A stretch of 64,000 bases of DNA from an uncultured bacterium (GCA_963701085.1 OY969561.1:320001-384000), one strand, 5' to 3'; shown: positions 19,664 to 29,862, counted from the stretch's first letter. A program made the numbers and translations. Notes: generated from the sequence alone by a model not told the origin.

Positions 19664-20728
19664 CTACCATTTCAATGCACAAGGGTTGATTTTGCATTGA
19701 GCCATGCGGCGATCATTTTTTGTTTGAAGAAATGCGTCTTGGAAGTATTTTGCCCCGAGATAGAGGTACCATTCAAGATGGTTATTGAAAAATGGTTCTT
19801 CTTGTAATCCAACAATTGATGGAAAGTGTTCAGTGTCCACAATGCTCATATGATATTCATCGGTGTCTTTTTGGTGCTTAATAACAAAGTTGTCCGCGTG
19901 AGGATCAACAAACAGGTGGAGATCCATGCAAAGCTCCATGATAAGTTCGCTCTTTTGTTGGGATGATAATAGTGGTGCATTTTCTTTTATATCAATAGTA
20001 TCAGCAACGATAGCATAGACACTTGGCATAAGCGTGGATATCTCTTTTTTGCCACCGATGTTGTAGCCCTTAATTTCCATCCAACGATGTTTTTGAGGTA
20101 GCCAATACCATTTGCGTGGTGTTTTTATTTTACCATTCCAACGGGGATGGTCATCTATCTGTTTTTTCACTAATTCGAGATTTTTGACTCGGGTTAATCC
20201 TGCAATATGACGATTCATGCCACCAGACATGTAAAAAAAGAACTGGTTCTCAAATCCCTTGCAATAAGGATCGATAAATGATTTTGGTGTTTCCATGAAT
20301 AGTTTTAGGACAAATGGATAGTTTTTAAATTGCAATACCAACAGGCCGCATTTTTCTTTATAATTAAAATTTTTGTCTTGTAAGACTATAAAATGAGTGT
20401 ACAGTTTTTTCTGTTTTTTAAGTTCCCTAAGCAACCGCTCGATGCATGAATTGAGCTCGAGACAATTAAATGATGTGCTAGGGTCGTTTATATCATTGAT
20501 ACAATCAGTCGGCAGCATGTGATTGAAGAAATATTCTTTATTGAATGAGGTAAAGATTGGGTACTCTTTATACGCCCAATTGGTGTGAGAGATTACTTTT
20601 TTTACATTTTTCCATCCGATGGTTATTTTAGGCACATCCTTGTCTTTTTTTCTAAAAGGACTGCGCGCTAGCAGATTGGATGAAAAAGTTAAAAAAGTAC
20701 AAATAATGAGAAGTATGGCTCTTTTCAT
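19664..20728 (-). CDS. Secreted protein with atypical kinase-like motifs
   Basis: Signal-like N-terminus; FVLKLF, VDPHADNFVI and SIVDTE motifs. Confidence 0.55.
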   Translation of the reverse strand: MKRAILLIICTFLTFSSNLLARSPFRKKDKDVPKITIGWKNVKKVISHTNWAYKEYPIFTSFNKEYFFNHMLPTDCINDINDPSTSFNCLELNSCIERLLRELKKQKKLYTHFIVLQDKNFNYKEKCGLLVLQFKNYPFVLKLFMETPKSFIDPYCKGFENQFFFYMSGGMNRHIAGLTRVKNLELVKKQIDDHPRWNGKIKTPRKWYWLPQKHRWMEIKGYNIGGKKEISTLMPSVYAIVADTIDIKENAPLLSSQQKSELIMELCMDLHLFVDPHADNFVIKHQKDTDEYHMSIVDTEHFPSIVGLQEEPFFNNHLEWYLYLGAKYFQDAFLQTKNDRRMAQCKINPCALKW

Positions 20729-21032
20729 GGTCTTAGCTCTTTATCTTCGGTCATTTTTATATGAATCTTATTTAGTATACCACAATCTAGAAAAAAGGCT
20801 TGCTGGAAGTTGCCAAATACTGTTTTTTGTTTCTATTTGGCAGATGTTGCTATAATTAACGGTCGTTTTGCTGGCAAACGACTATTTTTTTGTGGGCAAT
20901 TTTGGAATTATTGCTTAAAAAAAGGGGGTCATGGTAAAATAAATCAGTGCAATTTGAGAGTAGTTGCAGTTCAGGGTAAGGTGGGGTATGTTGTGAGAGA
21001 GAGTAGTAGGAGGATGGTGAGAAGGAGTAGTT

Positions 21033-21569
21033 ATGAAGCCAGAGTTGTTGATGTATCGAAACGCCCAAATTGCTGATAGTTTGAGGCGATTGCCGAGAAA
21101 AATGTTACAGCTACATGGTCTCGAAAACATGCCCGACTTTGTTTTGCATGAGCTGTGCAGTAGGGACTGTTTTAATCTACCAAAAGCGGCTTATTTTGTT
21201 GATAATCCCGCTTTTAATTGTTTAAAGGGTGTTGTAGGAGTTTCTGGAGCAGAATTGCAGGGTGTTGAAAATATTTGGACCAGTCCTGATCAATTTATTA
21301 AAACAATCGCTCAATCGCCATTTAATCAGAAGGTACGTGCTTTTACCTATGAGAGTCGTAAAAATCGTGGTCATTCGCCAGAAGAGATGGCGCAAACAAT
21401 TGCGCAGGAGCTTGGTCTGAATGATTATGGTTTTTATTCTTGGGATATGAAGCATGATAATCATGGGTTTGTAGTGTGTGAAAAGAATAAAGCAGAAGAT
21501 AGCGAGCATCCTCAGGATGATGTTATAGTTGATGGGCTTAGTTTATTGAGTTTTTGTCCCATTTATTAA
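21033..21569 (+). CDS. Hypothetical protein
   Basis: 178-aa ORF with AAGGAG RBS upstream; no recognisable motif. Confidence 0.7.
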   Translation: MKPELLMYRNAQIADSLRRLPRKMLQLHGLENMPDFVLHELCSRDCFNLPKAAYFVDNPAFNCLKGVVGVSGAELQGVENIWTSPDQFIKTIAQSPFNQKVRAFTYESRKNRGHSPEEMAQTIAQELGLNDYGFYSWDMKHDNHGFVVCEKNKAEDSEHPQDDVIVDGLSLLSFCPIY

Positions 21570-22738
21570 AAGTCTTCTTCAAAGGCAGCTAATCCGGGTA
21601 ATAACGTATCGCTGAGATAGGCCAATGCGGCACCCCCACCTGTAGAAAGATGATCAATTGATTGGTAGTTTTTGGTATCCAAGGCAATATCAACGGAATC
21701 ACCACCGGCAATGACAGTTTTTGCTGACGATTTGGCCATTGCATTGATAATGTTTTTGGTGCTTTCTTGTGTTTCTGGCCTACGAGCAAAGCCCATCGCG
21801 CAGTTTAAGAATATCGTTTTTGCCTGATTAATTTCTTGTGTTAAAAGTTCAACGGTTTTTGGGCCGATTGATATGCCAATCGCATCATCAGGGAATGTAG
21901 TTGCGGTGATAATGGAGAGTTTTCCGTCGAGTGTATTGTGAGCAATTTGATAATCAACAGGAAATAGGTAAGCAATGTCGGAGCTTTCAGCTTGAAGGAT
22001 GATTTTTTTGCATGTAGTGAGCATTGAATCATCAACCAGAGATTGTCCGATTGGTTTGCCTAATGTTTTGAGAAATGAAAAGCAGATGGCGGGGCACAAT
22101 GCAATCGCATCAACTTTTTTTAATAAGCTCTGAATAAGAGGAATTTTATCTTTTATTTTTCCGCCACCAAGAATTGCAATAAACGGACGTGGTGGATTTT
22201 TTTTGAGTATAGTGAGTGCGCGTAGCTCTTTTTCCATTAATAATCCAATACTGCGTCTATTTTCGGGAAATTCATAGGGTAACAATGAGACAGAACAATC
22301 ATTGCGCTGAATCACGCCAAAAGCATCATTGATATAAAAATGTGCACTGTTGGCAAGTTGTTTTGCAAAAAAAGGATCTCCATTTTTTTCCCCCGGGAAG
22401 AAGCGGAGATTTTCAAGTAAAAGAATGTGCTTGGGAACTGTTTGCATGGATGGGATGGTGGCGATATCTTTGACGAATGTGATTGAATAGCCATGTTGTT
22501 GAAACCATGGAATGAGGATTTGCGTGGAAAGTTCGGGCTCATTATGTGTTGGACGGCCAATATGCGTTGCCAAGATAATGTTGCCATTGTGGTTGAGAAT
22601 ATAATCTATTGTTGGAAGTATGCTTTTAAGGCGAAAATCGTTGGTGATTGTTCCATTGTTTAAAGGAACATTGAGATCAGCTCGAAGAAAAACTCTTTTG
22701 TTTTCCATTTTCCATTGTTGGAATGTTGTAGAGATCAT
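21566..22738 (-). CDS. pgk: Phosphoglycerate kinase
   Basis: RVFLRADLNVP, HIGRP, LLENLRF, NDAFG, LGGGK, GGDS, HLSTGGGA. Confidence 0.97.
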   Translation of the reverse strand: MISTTFQQWKMENKRVFLRADLNVPLNNGTITNDFRLKSILPTIDYILNHNGNIILATHIGRPTHNEPELSTQILIPWFQQHGYSITFVKDIATIPSMQTVPKHILLLENLRFFPGEKNGDPFFAKQLANSAHFYINDAFGVIQRNDCSVSLLPYEFPENRRSIGLLMEKELRALTILKKNPPRPFIAILGGGKIKDKIPLIQSLLKKVDAIALCPAICFSFLKTLGKPIGQSLVDDSMLTTCKKIILQAESSDIAYLFPVDYQIAHNTLDGKLSIITATTFPDDAIGISIGPKTVELLTQEINQAKTIFLNCAMGFARRPETQESTKNIINAMAKSSAKTVIAGGDSVDIALDTKNYQSIDHLSTGGGAALAYLSDTLLPGLAAFEEDF

Positions 22739-22741
22739 TTT

Positions 22742-23974
22742 TTATCCTTCAAAGCGTAAAACACGTGAGATATTAATAGCGCGAATGCGTTGTATTGGTA
22801 ACCATGTCGCAAAGAAACTAAAAAGAATAACAACACAGAAAACAGCGCAAACAATGTGGCCATTCATTACAACGGGTAGTTGTGTAACATAATACGTGTC
22901 TGGCAATGTAATGAATGGATATCGTTGCAATAGCCAACTTGCACAAACTGCAGCCAGTAAACCAAAAAATGATGCAATGCAACTGATTGTCATGCCGATG
23001 ATGAAGAAAATTGAACTGATTGAACGGTGAGACATTCCCATTGCTTTGAGAATGGCGATATCAGGACGCTTTTGGGTGATTTGCATAAACAGCAGTGAAA
23101 TAATATTCATGCTTGCAACCAGAAGTATGAGGGCGATAATAAAAAATGAAACATATTTTTCTAACTTTAACGTTGCAACAAGAGATGGATATAAATCTTT
23201 CCATGAATAGACATCGAGTCCAAGGCGATTGTGCAGTTTTTGTATAATGGTTTGTTCGTCAGTATAGGGAGCAAGAGAAATATTGATTTGTTCAATTTCT
23301 ATGTTGGGGAAAAGTTGTTCTAAAAATGGTAGTGAGCAATAGACAACACCGTTATCAAATTCATCAATTCCGGTATCAAAGATGCCGCTTACTATAGCTG
23401 GTTGCGAATCAAAAATAATTTTTTTACCACGTATTTGCCCATCGCGTAAAAAAAGAAGTTCTACCGTGTCGCCGATAGTAATTTCATTATTGCGTGCGAG
23501 TTGTTTGCCAATGATGATCTGATTGGTAGTAAATAATTGGGAAAATTCTATTGGTGAAGGGTTAATTATTTTTTTTGCTAAAGAGCTGGTTAACACTTCT
23601 GTTTCAGGATCAATTCCTTTAATCATTGCCACTATTGGTGTATCTTCTGATTGATCTTTGGTGCGCAATAATATGTGATGCGTAGCCATGGGAGAAAATG
23701 CATTGATTTCAGGAAATTCTTTGCGAAGTATTGGGGCAAGAACATCTTTATTAATACCGCTTTTGTATGATTGTATGATAAGGTTGGCATGGATGCCTTG
23801 CATTTTTTCATGAATAACAACTTCAAAGCCATTCATAATTGCCGTGACGAGCGCTAATGAAAACGAACCAATAAAAATACCAGCAAAGCAAATAATGGTC
23901 ATAGTAGAAATACTTTTTTGGTATACATGCGTGAATAATATGCGTTGAGCTAAAAAAAATGCTGTCATGTTCAT
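22742..23974 (-). CDS. LolC/E-family ABC transporter permease
   Basis: AIMNGFE after the first TM helix; VASMNIISLL...QKRPDIAILKAMG; ends LRFE. Confidence 0.9.
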   Translation of the reverse strand: MNMTAFFLAQRILFTHVYQKSISTMTIICFAGIFIGSFSLALVTAIMNGFEVVIHEKMQGIHANLIIQSYKSGINKDVLAPILRKEFPEINAFSPMATHHILLRTKDQSEDTPIVAMIKGIDPETEVLTSSLAKKIINPSPIEFSQLFTTNQIIIGKQLARNNEITIGDTVELLFLRDGQIRGKKIIFDSQPAIVSGIFDTGIDEFDNGVVYCSLPFLEQLFPNIEIEQINISLAPYTDEQTIIQKLHNRLGLDVYSWKDLYPSLVATLKLEKYVSFFIIALILLVASMNIISLLFMQITQKRPDIAILKAMGMSHRSISSIFFIIGMTISCIASFFGLLAAVCASWLLQRYPFITLPDTYYVTQLPVVMNGHIVCAVFCVVILFSFFATWLPIQRIRAINISRVLRFEG

Positions 23975-24058
23975 GGCTGCTCACCTTTGTGCTTGTAAAG
24001 AATCATTGTTTTAATTAGGATACTAGTAACATTAAAGGTTACAAATAAAGAGAGGAAT

Positions 24059-24688
24059 ATGAAAGTATTAATGAAAATTCATACATTATCGAGTATCGTG
24101 ATGGTTTTGTTATTGTTGCCAAGCTGTGGAAGAGTGATTGATTGGGGTAACAGGACTTTTGCTCAGACACCATCATTGGATTCCAGTGTGACTGCTGCGC
24201 AGAAGTATATTCAGTCAGTGACATCGTATGATCAGTTAACAACGCGTGCACGTTTTGATGTGTTATGGTTATCAGATGATGTACGCATTAATTATGCAAA
24301 TTTGTACGCATTAAAATTTGGAAAAACTGAAGAGCAGAAGAAAATATTTTTACGACGACAACTTGAAGAAAATAATCATTTTATATCATTCTATGTATTA
24401 AGTTTATATGATCAACCGCTTGGTGATACCAATAGTGAATGGACGTTATTCTTAACTATTGATGATAAGCATTATGCGCCGATTGAGATCAAATCAGTAG
24501 AACTTTCCCCTGAATATATTTATATATTTGGTAAAAAATATAATAGATTTAAGGTTCCATACAGCGTAAAATTTGATACTAAAGATATTAATGATCAGTC
24601 TTTGATTACTGATGAAACGAACCATATTACTCTCCATTGTAGATCGCTCGGTTCAGAAGTTACATTTGTGTGGGACATTGCACATTAA
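24059..24688 (+). CDS. Putative lipoprotein
   Basis: Hydrophobic stretch ending in a LLPSC lipobox. Confidence 0.65.
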   Translation: MKVLMKIHTLSSIVMVLLLLPSCGRVIDWGNRTFAQTPSLDSSVTAAQKYIQSVTSYDQLTTRARFDVLWLSDDVRINYANLYALKFGKTEEQKKIFLRRQLEENNHFISFYVLSLYDQPLGDTNSEWTLFLTIDDKHYAPIEIKSVELSPEYIYIFGKKYNRFKVPYSVKFDTKDINDQSLITDETNHITLHCRSLGSEVTFVWDIAH

Positions 24689-24703
24689 AAATGGAGATTG
24701 TGT

Positions 24704-25138
24704 ATGAAAATTGCTATTGGTGCTGATCATCGCGGTTTTTTGCATAAAGAGTTTATTAAAGAACATATGCCATCAATTGAATGGATTGATGTTGGCACGT
24801 ATAACCAGGATCGCACAGATTACCCCATTTTTTCTGACAAGGTTATTGATTTGATACATACTCGTGCTGTGCAACTAGGGGTGTTAATTTGTGCCTCTGG
24901 CGGTGGTATGGCGATAGCGGCAAATAGGAATAAACATATCTATGCTGTTGTTGCATGGAATGTTGACATTGCGCGGCAGTGTAAACAAGAAGATAATGCT
25001 AATGTTTTGGTGTTACCGTCTGATTTTGTTTCTTGTGATGATGCCGTTGTAATGATTACTGAGTGGCTTGCGCAAGAGTTTAAGGGTGGGCGGTATGCTG
25101 AGCGTATTGCAATGATTGACCCTTCGATACACCCCTGA
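24704..25138 (+). CDS. rpiB: Ribose-5-phosphate isomerase B
   Basis: IAIGADHRG, TDYP, LICASGGGMAIAAN, DNANVL, FKGGRY. Last codons derive from a REP. Confidence 0.93.
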   Translation: MKIAIGADHRGFLHKEFIKEHMPSIEWIDVGTYNQDRTDYPIFSDKVIDLIHTRAVQLGVLICASGGGMAIAANRNKHIYAVVAWNVDIARQCKQEDNANVLVLPSDFVSCDDAVVMITEWLAQEFKGGRYAERIAMIDPSIHP

Positions 25139-25260
25139 CGGGGCACTCAGGGTGATCGGGGGAGATGTATTTAGTCTTGGAGAGAGTGCATTTTATTTTA
25201 TGAGATTGTTACCATCCCGCTCGCCCTGAGTGTTTTTGTCCTCAAAAAAGTATCGAAGGG
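25120..25260. repeat. Inverted REP doublet overlapping the rpiB stop
   Basis: Plus copy 25120-25159, minus copy 25217-25260. Confidence 0.85.
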
Positions 25261-25288
25261 TAAAGCGGGGTAAAATAAATGTTTTATA

Positions 25289-25326
25289 AAAAAACAGACT
25301 TTCTGGATTTCAGAAAGTCTGTTTTT
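25289..25326. terminator. Bidirectional intrinsic terminator
   Basis: aaaaaacagactttctg-gattt-cagaaagtctgttttt between convergent genes. Confidence 0.75.
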
Positions 25327-25347
25327 GTTATTTATTCTGACGTTATC

Positions 25348-27909
25348 TTAGGCAATCGCTGGTTCTGCCCTATCATCTTCAAGTTCAGCAAGATCGTCAT
25401 TCGTGATGATTGATGTTTTGCCTTCAGCTTTATCAATAACTGCTTGTACTTCTTTATCATTCATGATTTTTTTATCCATGAGTTCATCAATGAGAGCGAT
25501 GAGTGCATCGTTATGATCTTGCAGAAGTTGCATAGCATCAACATGACATTGTTGCAGCAAGTTATATGCTTTGAGTTTTAACTCTTGTTTTACCTTTTTA
25601 GGAAGTGCATCTGGATTAAGGCCACCAAAAACAAGGTCTTCAATCAATTTGAATGCACGGTCACGACTGTGGCTATGGCAGGTAAAGCCGCATGATCCGA
25701 GCATCAATTCCTCAGCAGCAAAGCCAGCAATGAGCGTTGTTGCTTCATTGATGATGGTGGTTTCTTTTTTGACATTGATGGAGTCATGAGCTTGTCTTGT
25801 GGTGATACAACCATATTCAATTCTTTTTTGACGATCTTTTTCTTCTTTTTTCTCATAGTTTGCCCATACGCCTTCCTCTCTTAAATCATTCATGTGGGCA
25901 TGTATGGTAACTTTATCAAGTTGTGAATGTGTTTCAAGATGCATTGCGGCAAGGGCTCTGCCGGCAAAATGCGTTGCGATGATTCGTGTTTCATGCTCTG
26001 GAAGATCTTTGTGATCAGATGGTATGATATGATGTATTTCCGTATCAATACTATGCTCAAGGAGTTTTTGGGTTAATGATTCTCCATGGAGCCATGCACG
26101 TGTCATTGCATTGCGAATAATTGCTTTTAAATCTTCAAACGTTTTTTCATTTGTTTTATCTGCGAGAGCTTCAATATCAAATTGGCTAAGATCAAGAGCC
26201 ATGCTTCTGAGTTCACGTTTGATGTATTGGATGCGGTATTTTCTTGCAGGATAGTCAAAACAAATTTCTTTACCAAAGCGACCATTTTTACGGAGTGCTT
26301 GGTCGATGTTTTGAGGATTATTAGTTGCCGCTATAATAATAACCACTTTGGATGGATCTGCAGTCATGGAGTTTTGCATTGCGGTAAGGAAATCACTTAA
26401 GAGTTGATTGTTGCCAACGCGTTGGAGACCGAGCAAATCGATTTCATCAATAAATATCACCGCAGGCGCATTGGAGCTTACTTGATCAAGAATTTCTTTG
26501 ATTCCATATTTATTTACCAAAAACGCGTCTATGTTAAAGAATTTTATGGTGTCTGCTTTGCCACGTTTTTTCATCAAGAGTTCTATTTCACCGCAGAGAC
26601 AGTCAACGCTAAATGACTTACCGGTACGTGATGGTCCGGTAAGTAACCATCCTTTTTCTGGGGTAGCTTCAAGGCGCATGAGTTGTTCAGGATCATCGAT
26701 GTATTGAATAATTTGAGCAAACTGTTCTTTAACTTCATCAAGTCCAACCATATCTTTAAAGGTATAGGTTGGTTTTATTTGAGCAAGGCCAGTTCTTTGA
26801 ATGTTGCGATATTCTCCACCACGCAGGAAGTTCCATACAGCATCTCTTTTTTTAGCCAATGCAGGGTAAATGCTTTCATTCCAAACTGATTTTCCTTCCA
26901 TAAAAAGCATACCACCGACAAATGCTGCGATTGGTTCATTTCCCAATAAAAATTGTGAAATTGAATAATCCAAGAGTGCTATTCGGCCTGGATCACTCGT
27001 ACCAGGCTGAGTTGCGAATGGATTTGGAGCGCTACTGTGTTTTGACCCTATTGGACGTGGTAGACCGGTATGTGGGTCGCGTTCAAGAAGAGGAAAGGTT
27101 TTTTGCAAACCCATTATTAATGTATCGAGATATGTTTTCTGTTTTTCATCACTGGCATTTGGGCTTAAAATATTGCCCCCCCATTTGCAGAGGGAATAAC
27201 TTGTAACAAACGCTATTCCTGCACTATAAAGCGCGATGTTTGGAAGATTATATTTGTTTGCCGGCGTTACAACATATGTATCAACAGCACGGGCAACCTT
27301 GTTGTACCAGGTAAGGCCAATATTTTTTACGCTGTGCTTGAGTGCCGTAAGTTCTGTTTTAGTTTGTTTGAGGCCTTTTGTGAGTGATTCTTGTTTAAGA
27401 TGCTGGCCGTGTGATCTTGTTTGCCCTTTATTCATGTCAGAGACAAAGCGTTTCATGTTAAATGGCTTTGCGTCGGCAAAGCATTTTTTGATCTGATCGT
27501 TTAAGTAGGGTATGAAGGCGTTACAAAATTCGGTGATGATAAATGTATATTGTAAATGAGCGCGTGGATCTTGGGTGGCCATGAGTTCGTCTTGAGCGCT
27601 TAATAATCCGTTGACGATCATTTTGTTTTCAGTGAGCAGTTCCATTATTTCATGGAGTTTAGGCCCAGGGATGTTTAAGGAGCCTTTTCTGACTAAAAGG
27701 GCAACTTCCGTTAGGGTGTTTTCAATCTTTTGTAATGAGCTGAATGCCTTTACACAAGATTTTTCAGCAAATTCTATGATTTTTATGATTTCTGCTTGTT
27801 GTGCAGCAGTTAATGGTGCGTCTTGAGGTTCGTTTATTTCTGCTTGAATGATTGCGCTGAATGATAATGCGCAGAGGATGAGTGATTGTATCATTTTAAT
27901 CCGTTTCAT
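25348..27909 (-). CDS. FtsH-like AAA+ ATPase with degenerate M41 protease domain
   Basis: TFKDMVGLDEVKE, Walker A GPSRTGKS, Walker B IFIDEID, SRH AATN..DQALRKNGRF. HEAGH is replaced by HFAGR. Confidence 0.85.
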   Translation of the reverse strand: MKRIKMIQSLILCALSFSAIIQAEINEPQDAPLTAAQQAEIIKIIEFAEKSCVKAFSSLQKIENTLTEVALLVRKGSLNIPGPKLHEIMELLTENKMIVNGLLSAQDELMATQDPRAHLQYTFIITEFCNAFIPYLNDQIKKCFADAKPFNMKRFVSDMNKGQTRSHGQHLKQESLTKGLKQTKTELTALKHSVKNIGLTWYNKVARAVDTYVVTPANKYNLPNIALYSAGIAFVTSYSLCKWGGNILSPNASDEKQKTYLDTLIMGLQKTFPLLERDPHTGLPRPIGSKHSSAPNPFATQPGTSDPGRIALLDYSISQFLLGNEPIAAFVGGMLFMEGKSVWNESIYPALAKKRDAVWNFLRGGEYRNIQRTGLAQIKPTYTFKDMVGLDEVKEQFAQIIQYIDDPEQLMRLEATPEKGWLLTGPSRTGKSFSVDCLCGEIELLMKKRGKADTIKFFNIDAFLVNKYGIKEILDQVSSNAPAVIFIDEIDLLGLQRVGNNQLLSDFLTAMQNSMTADPSKVVIIIAATNNPQNIDQALRKNGRFGKEICFDYPARKYRIQYIKRELRSMALDLSQFDIEALADKTNEKTFEDLKAIIRNAMTRAWLHGESLTQKLLEHSIDTEIHHIIPSDHKDLPEHETRIIATHFAGRALAAMHLETHSQLDKVTIHAHMNDLREEGVWANYEKKEEKDRQKRIEYGCITTRQAHDSINVKKETTIINEATTLIAGFAAEELMLGSCGFTCHSHSRDRAFKLIEDLVFGGLNPDALPKKVKQELKLKAYNLLQQCHVDAMQLLQDHNDALIALIDELMDKKIMNDKEVQAVIDKAEGKTSIITNDDLAELEDDRAEPAIA

Positions 27910-28144
27910 AATCCATTACTCCTCGATTTAGCTGTTAATTTATTTATAAAAAAGTTACTAATAATACAAATTTAGCATTTTTTTTTGATTCTGTGAATTT
28001 TTTTGGCCTTAAAATGGCTGTTTTTGGCCGTTTTTGATGAAATAAATGCTAAGTCTGGCAAATTTAAATATGATTTTATTAAAAACATTGCAATTTGAAA
28101 ATTTTAAATGATATGATGAGGGTAGGAAAAACAAAGGTTAAAAA

Positions 28145-29245
28145 ATGATTTTATTAATGGGGGAGGAAGCAATGTTTCCGCTCAAAAAGGCTGAAAGTTT
28201 ATCAATGAGACGTATACAAGGGCGCATTGTTATTATTTTGTCTATTTTTCTTCAGGTTCCTGCTCTTTGGGGGGCTATGATAGATGGTTTTCATGGCCAT
28301 GTTGTCCCGGAAAAGACTAAAATAGCCAACGGAACGATTGTTGAGCACGTTGTTCTGTATCCGCAAGAGGCGCATGATTCATCTAATCGAATTGCTCGCC
28401 ACGGTATTTTAGCTCGTAACGATGGGGCTAAGGCAACAATTTTAGTATGTCATGGATTTATGTGTGATAAATATGATGTGGGTATGTTGAGAAGGATATT
28501 TAAAAAAAGCCACTTTAATGTAATGACATTTGATTTTCGTGCGCATGGACAAGATGGTAATGGGCAATATTGTACGTTTGGCCGTGATGAATCTTTAGAT
28601 GTAATTGCCGCAGCAAAATTCTTGCGCAATCATTCAGAGTTGGAAGGGATGCCACTTTATGCATATGGTTTTTCCATGGGGGCAGTTTCTGCCATAGAAG
28701 CGCAGTCTTTATGCTCAGATTTATTTGATGCAATGATATTAGATTGTCCTTTTGATTCTAGTGAGCGAGTTATTAAAACTGGTCTTGAGGGGTTAAAATG
28801 CTCAATTTTTGGTTATGAGTTTGATGCACCTGGTAAAGATCTATTGCAAAAATATGCATTTCATCCCTATGTTCAAGCGTTGGTTAAAGCCGTGTTAAAA
28901 ACAGTTTCGCAGATGGATGCTACCGGTGTTAATACCAATTTTTGTCCGTTATATCCCGCTGAATCGGTTAAAAAAATAGTTGTTCCTGTGTTTTTTATTC
29001 ATTGTAAAAATGATCAAAAAGTTTCTGTTGAGCAAGTTAAACGTGTGTATGATGGTGCTGCTGGTTATAAACGGTTATGGTTAACCAATGGTCGTCGTCA
29101 TTACGATTCATTTTTTTATAATCCTGAAAAATACACTGAGCAGGTACGTCAGTTTTATAATCAGGTTACTAATGGTGATATACAAGGAATGCCGCAAGAA
29201 GGAATTGTTGAAGATGATGAAGAAGATGATCATCTGTTTGGATAA
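28145..29245 (+). CDS. Alpha/beta hydrolase
   Basis: LVCHGF, FDFRAHG, nucleophile elbow GFSMG, IHCKND, RRH. Start uncertain. Confidence 0.88.
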   Translation: MILLMGEEAMFPLKKAESLSMRRIQGRIVIILSIFLQVPALWGAMIDGFHGHVVPEKTKIANGTIVEHVVLYPQEAHDSSNRIARHGILARNDGAKATILVCHGFMCDKYDVGMLRRIFKKSHFNVMTFDFRAHGQDGNGQYCTFGRDESLDVIAAAKFLRNHSELEGMPLYAYGFSMGAVSAIEAQSLCSDLFDAMILDCPFDSSERVIKTGLEGLKCSIFGYEFDAPGKDLLQKYAFHPYVQALVKAVLKTVSQMDATGVNTNFCPLYPAESVKKIVVPVFFIHCKNDQKVSVEQVKRVYDGAAGYKRLWLTNGRRHYDSFFYNPEKYTEQVRQFYNQVTNGDIQGMPQEGIVEDDEEDDHLFG

Positions 29246-29277
29246 AAGTAATTATATAAAAAAAGGGAGGATTGGGA

Positions 29278-29862
29278 ATGGAAAAGTATAGTAATAAATT
29301 GATGATGTTGACGATTGTGTGTCTGCTATTTATCGGTGGCGTATCACATACAAAAGTAAGAACGGTTACGGGGCGTAGAGATTTGGAGCGGAGTATAGCA
29401 AAAGAAAGTAAGGTAGTTGTGTTGTTTTATGATGATAGGGATAAGGATCTTGCGCGGATGTATGAAGATGTGAGTGCTATACAACGCTATGATGATGCAG
29501 ACGTTATTTTTCTTAAGGTAAATGCAGCACGTAAAGAGTTGCGTGACTTGGCTCAACTCTATGGTGTTACCGCAATGCCAGCATTTATATTTTTCAGTAA
29601 AGGTAAGCGTCTTGTTAATAATAAGGTTGCACCAGGTGTTGTTATGGGCGCACCGGCTATGCTAACGGGTTCTGTTTCTCGCGATAGATTGCAATCGTTT
29701 ATAGACGAATATTATGGTGTGGAAATTGAGCAGTATATTGCAAAAAAAGATGCAAGAAATAAGCAGCGATTAGTGCAAGAAAAAGAAAGCTGGAAACCTT
29801 ATTTTTATCCACGCGATATATTTGTCCGCAGTTACGGTCCAGAGGAACGTGACTTGGAATAA
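29278..29862 (+). CDS. Thioredoxin-fold protein lacking CxxC
   Basis: VVVLFY, IFLKVN, LAQLYGVTAMPAFIFFSKGK; no cysteines at the active-site position. Confidence 0.7.
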   Translation: MEKYSNKLMMLTIVCLLFIGGVSHTKVRTVTGRRDLERSIAKESKVVVLFYDDRDKDLARMYEDVSAIQRYDDADVIFLKVNAARKELRDLAQLYGVTAMPAFIFFSKGKRLVNNKVAPGVVMGAPAMLTGSVSRDRLQSFIDEYYGVEIEQYIAKKDARNKQRLVQEKESWKPYFYPRDIFVRSYGPEERDLE

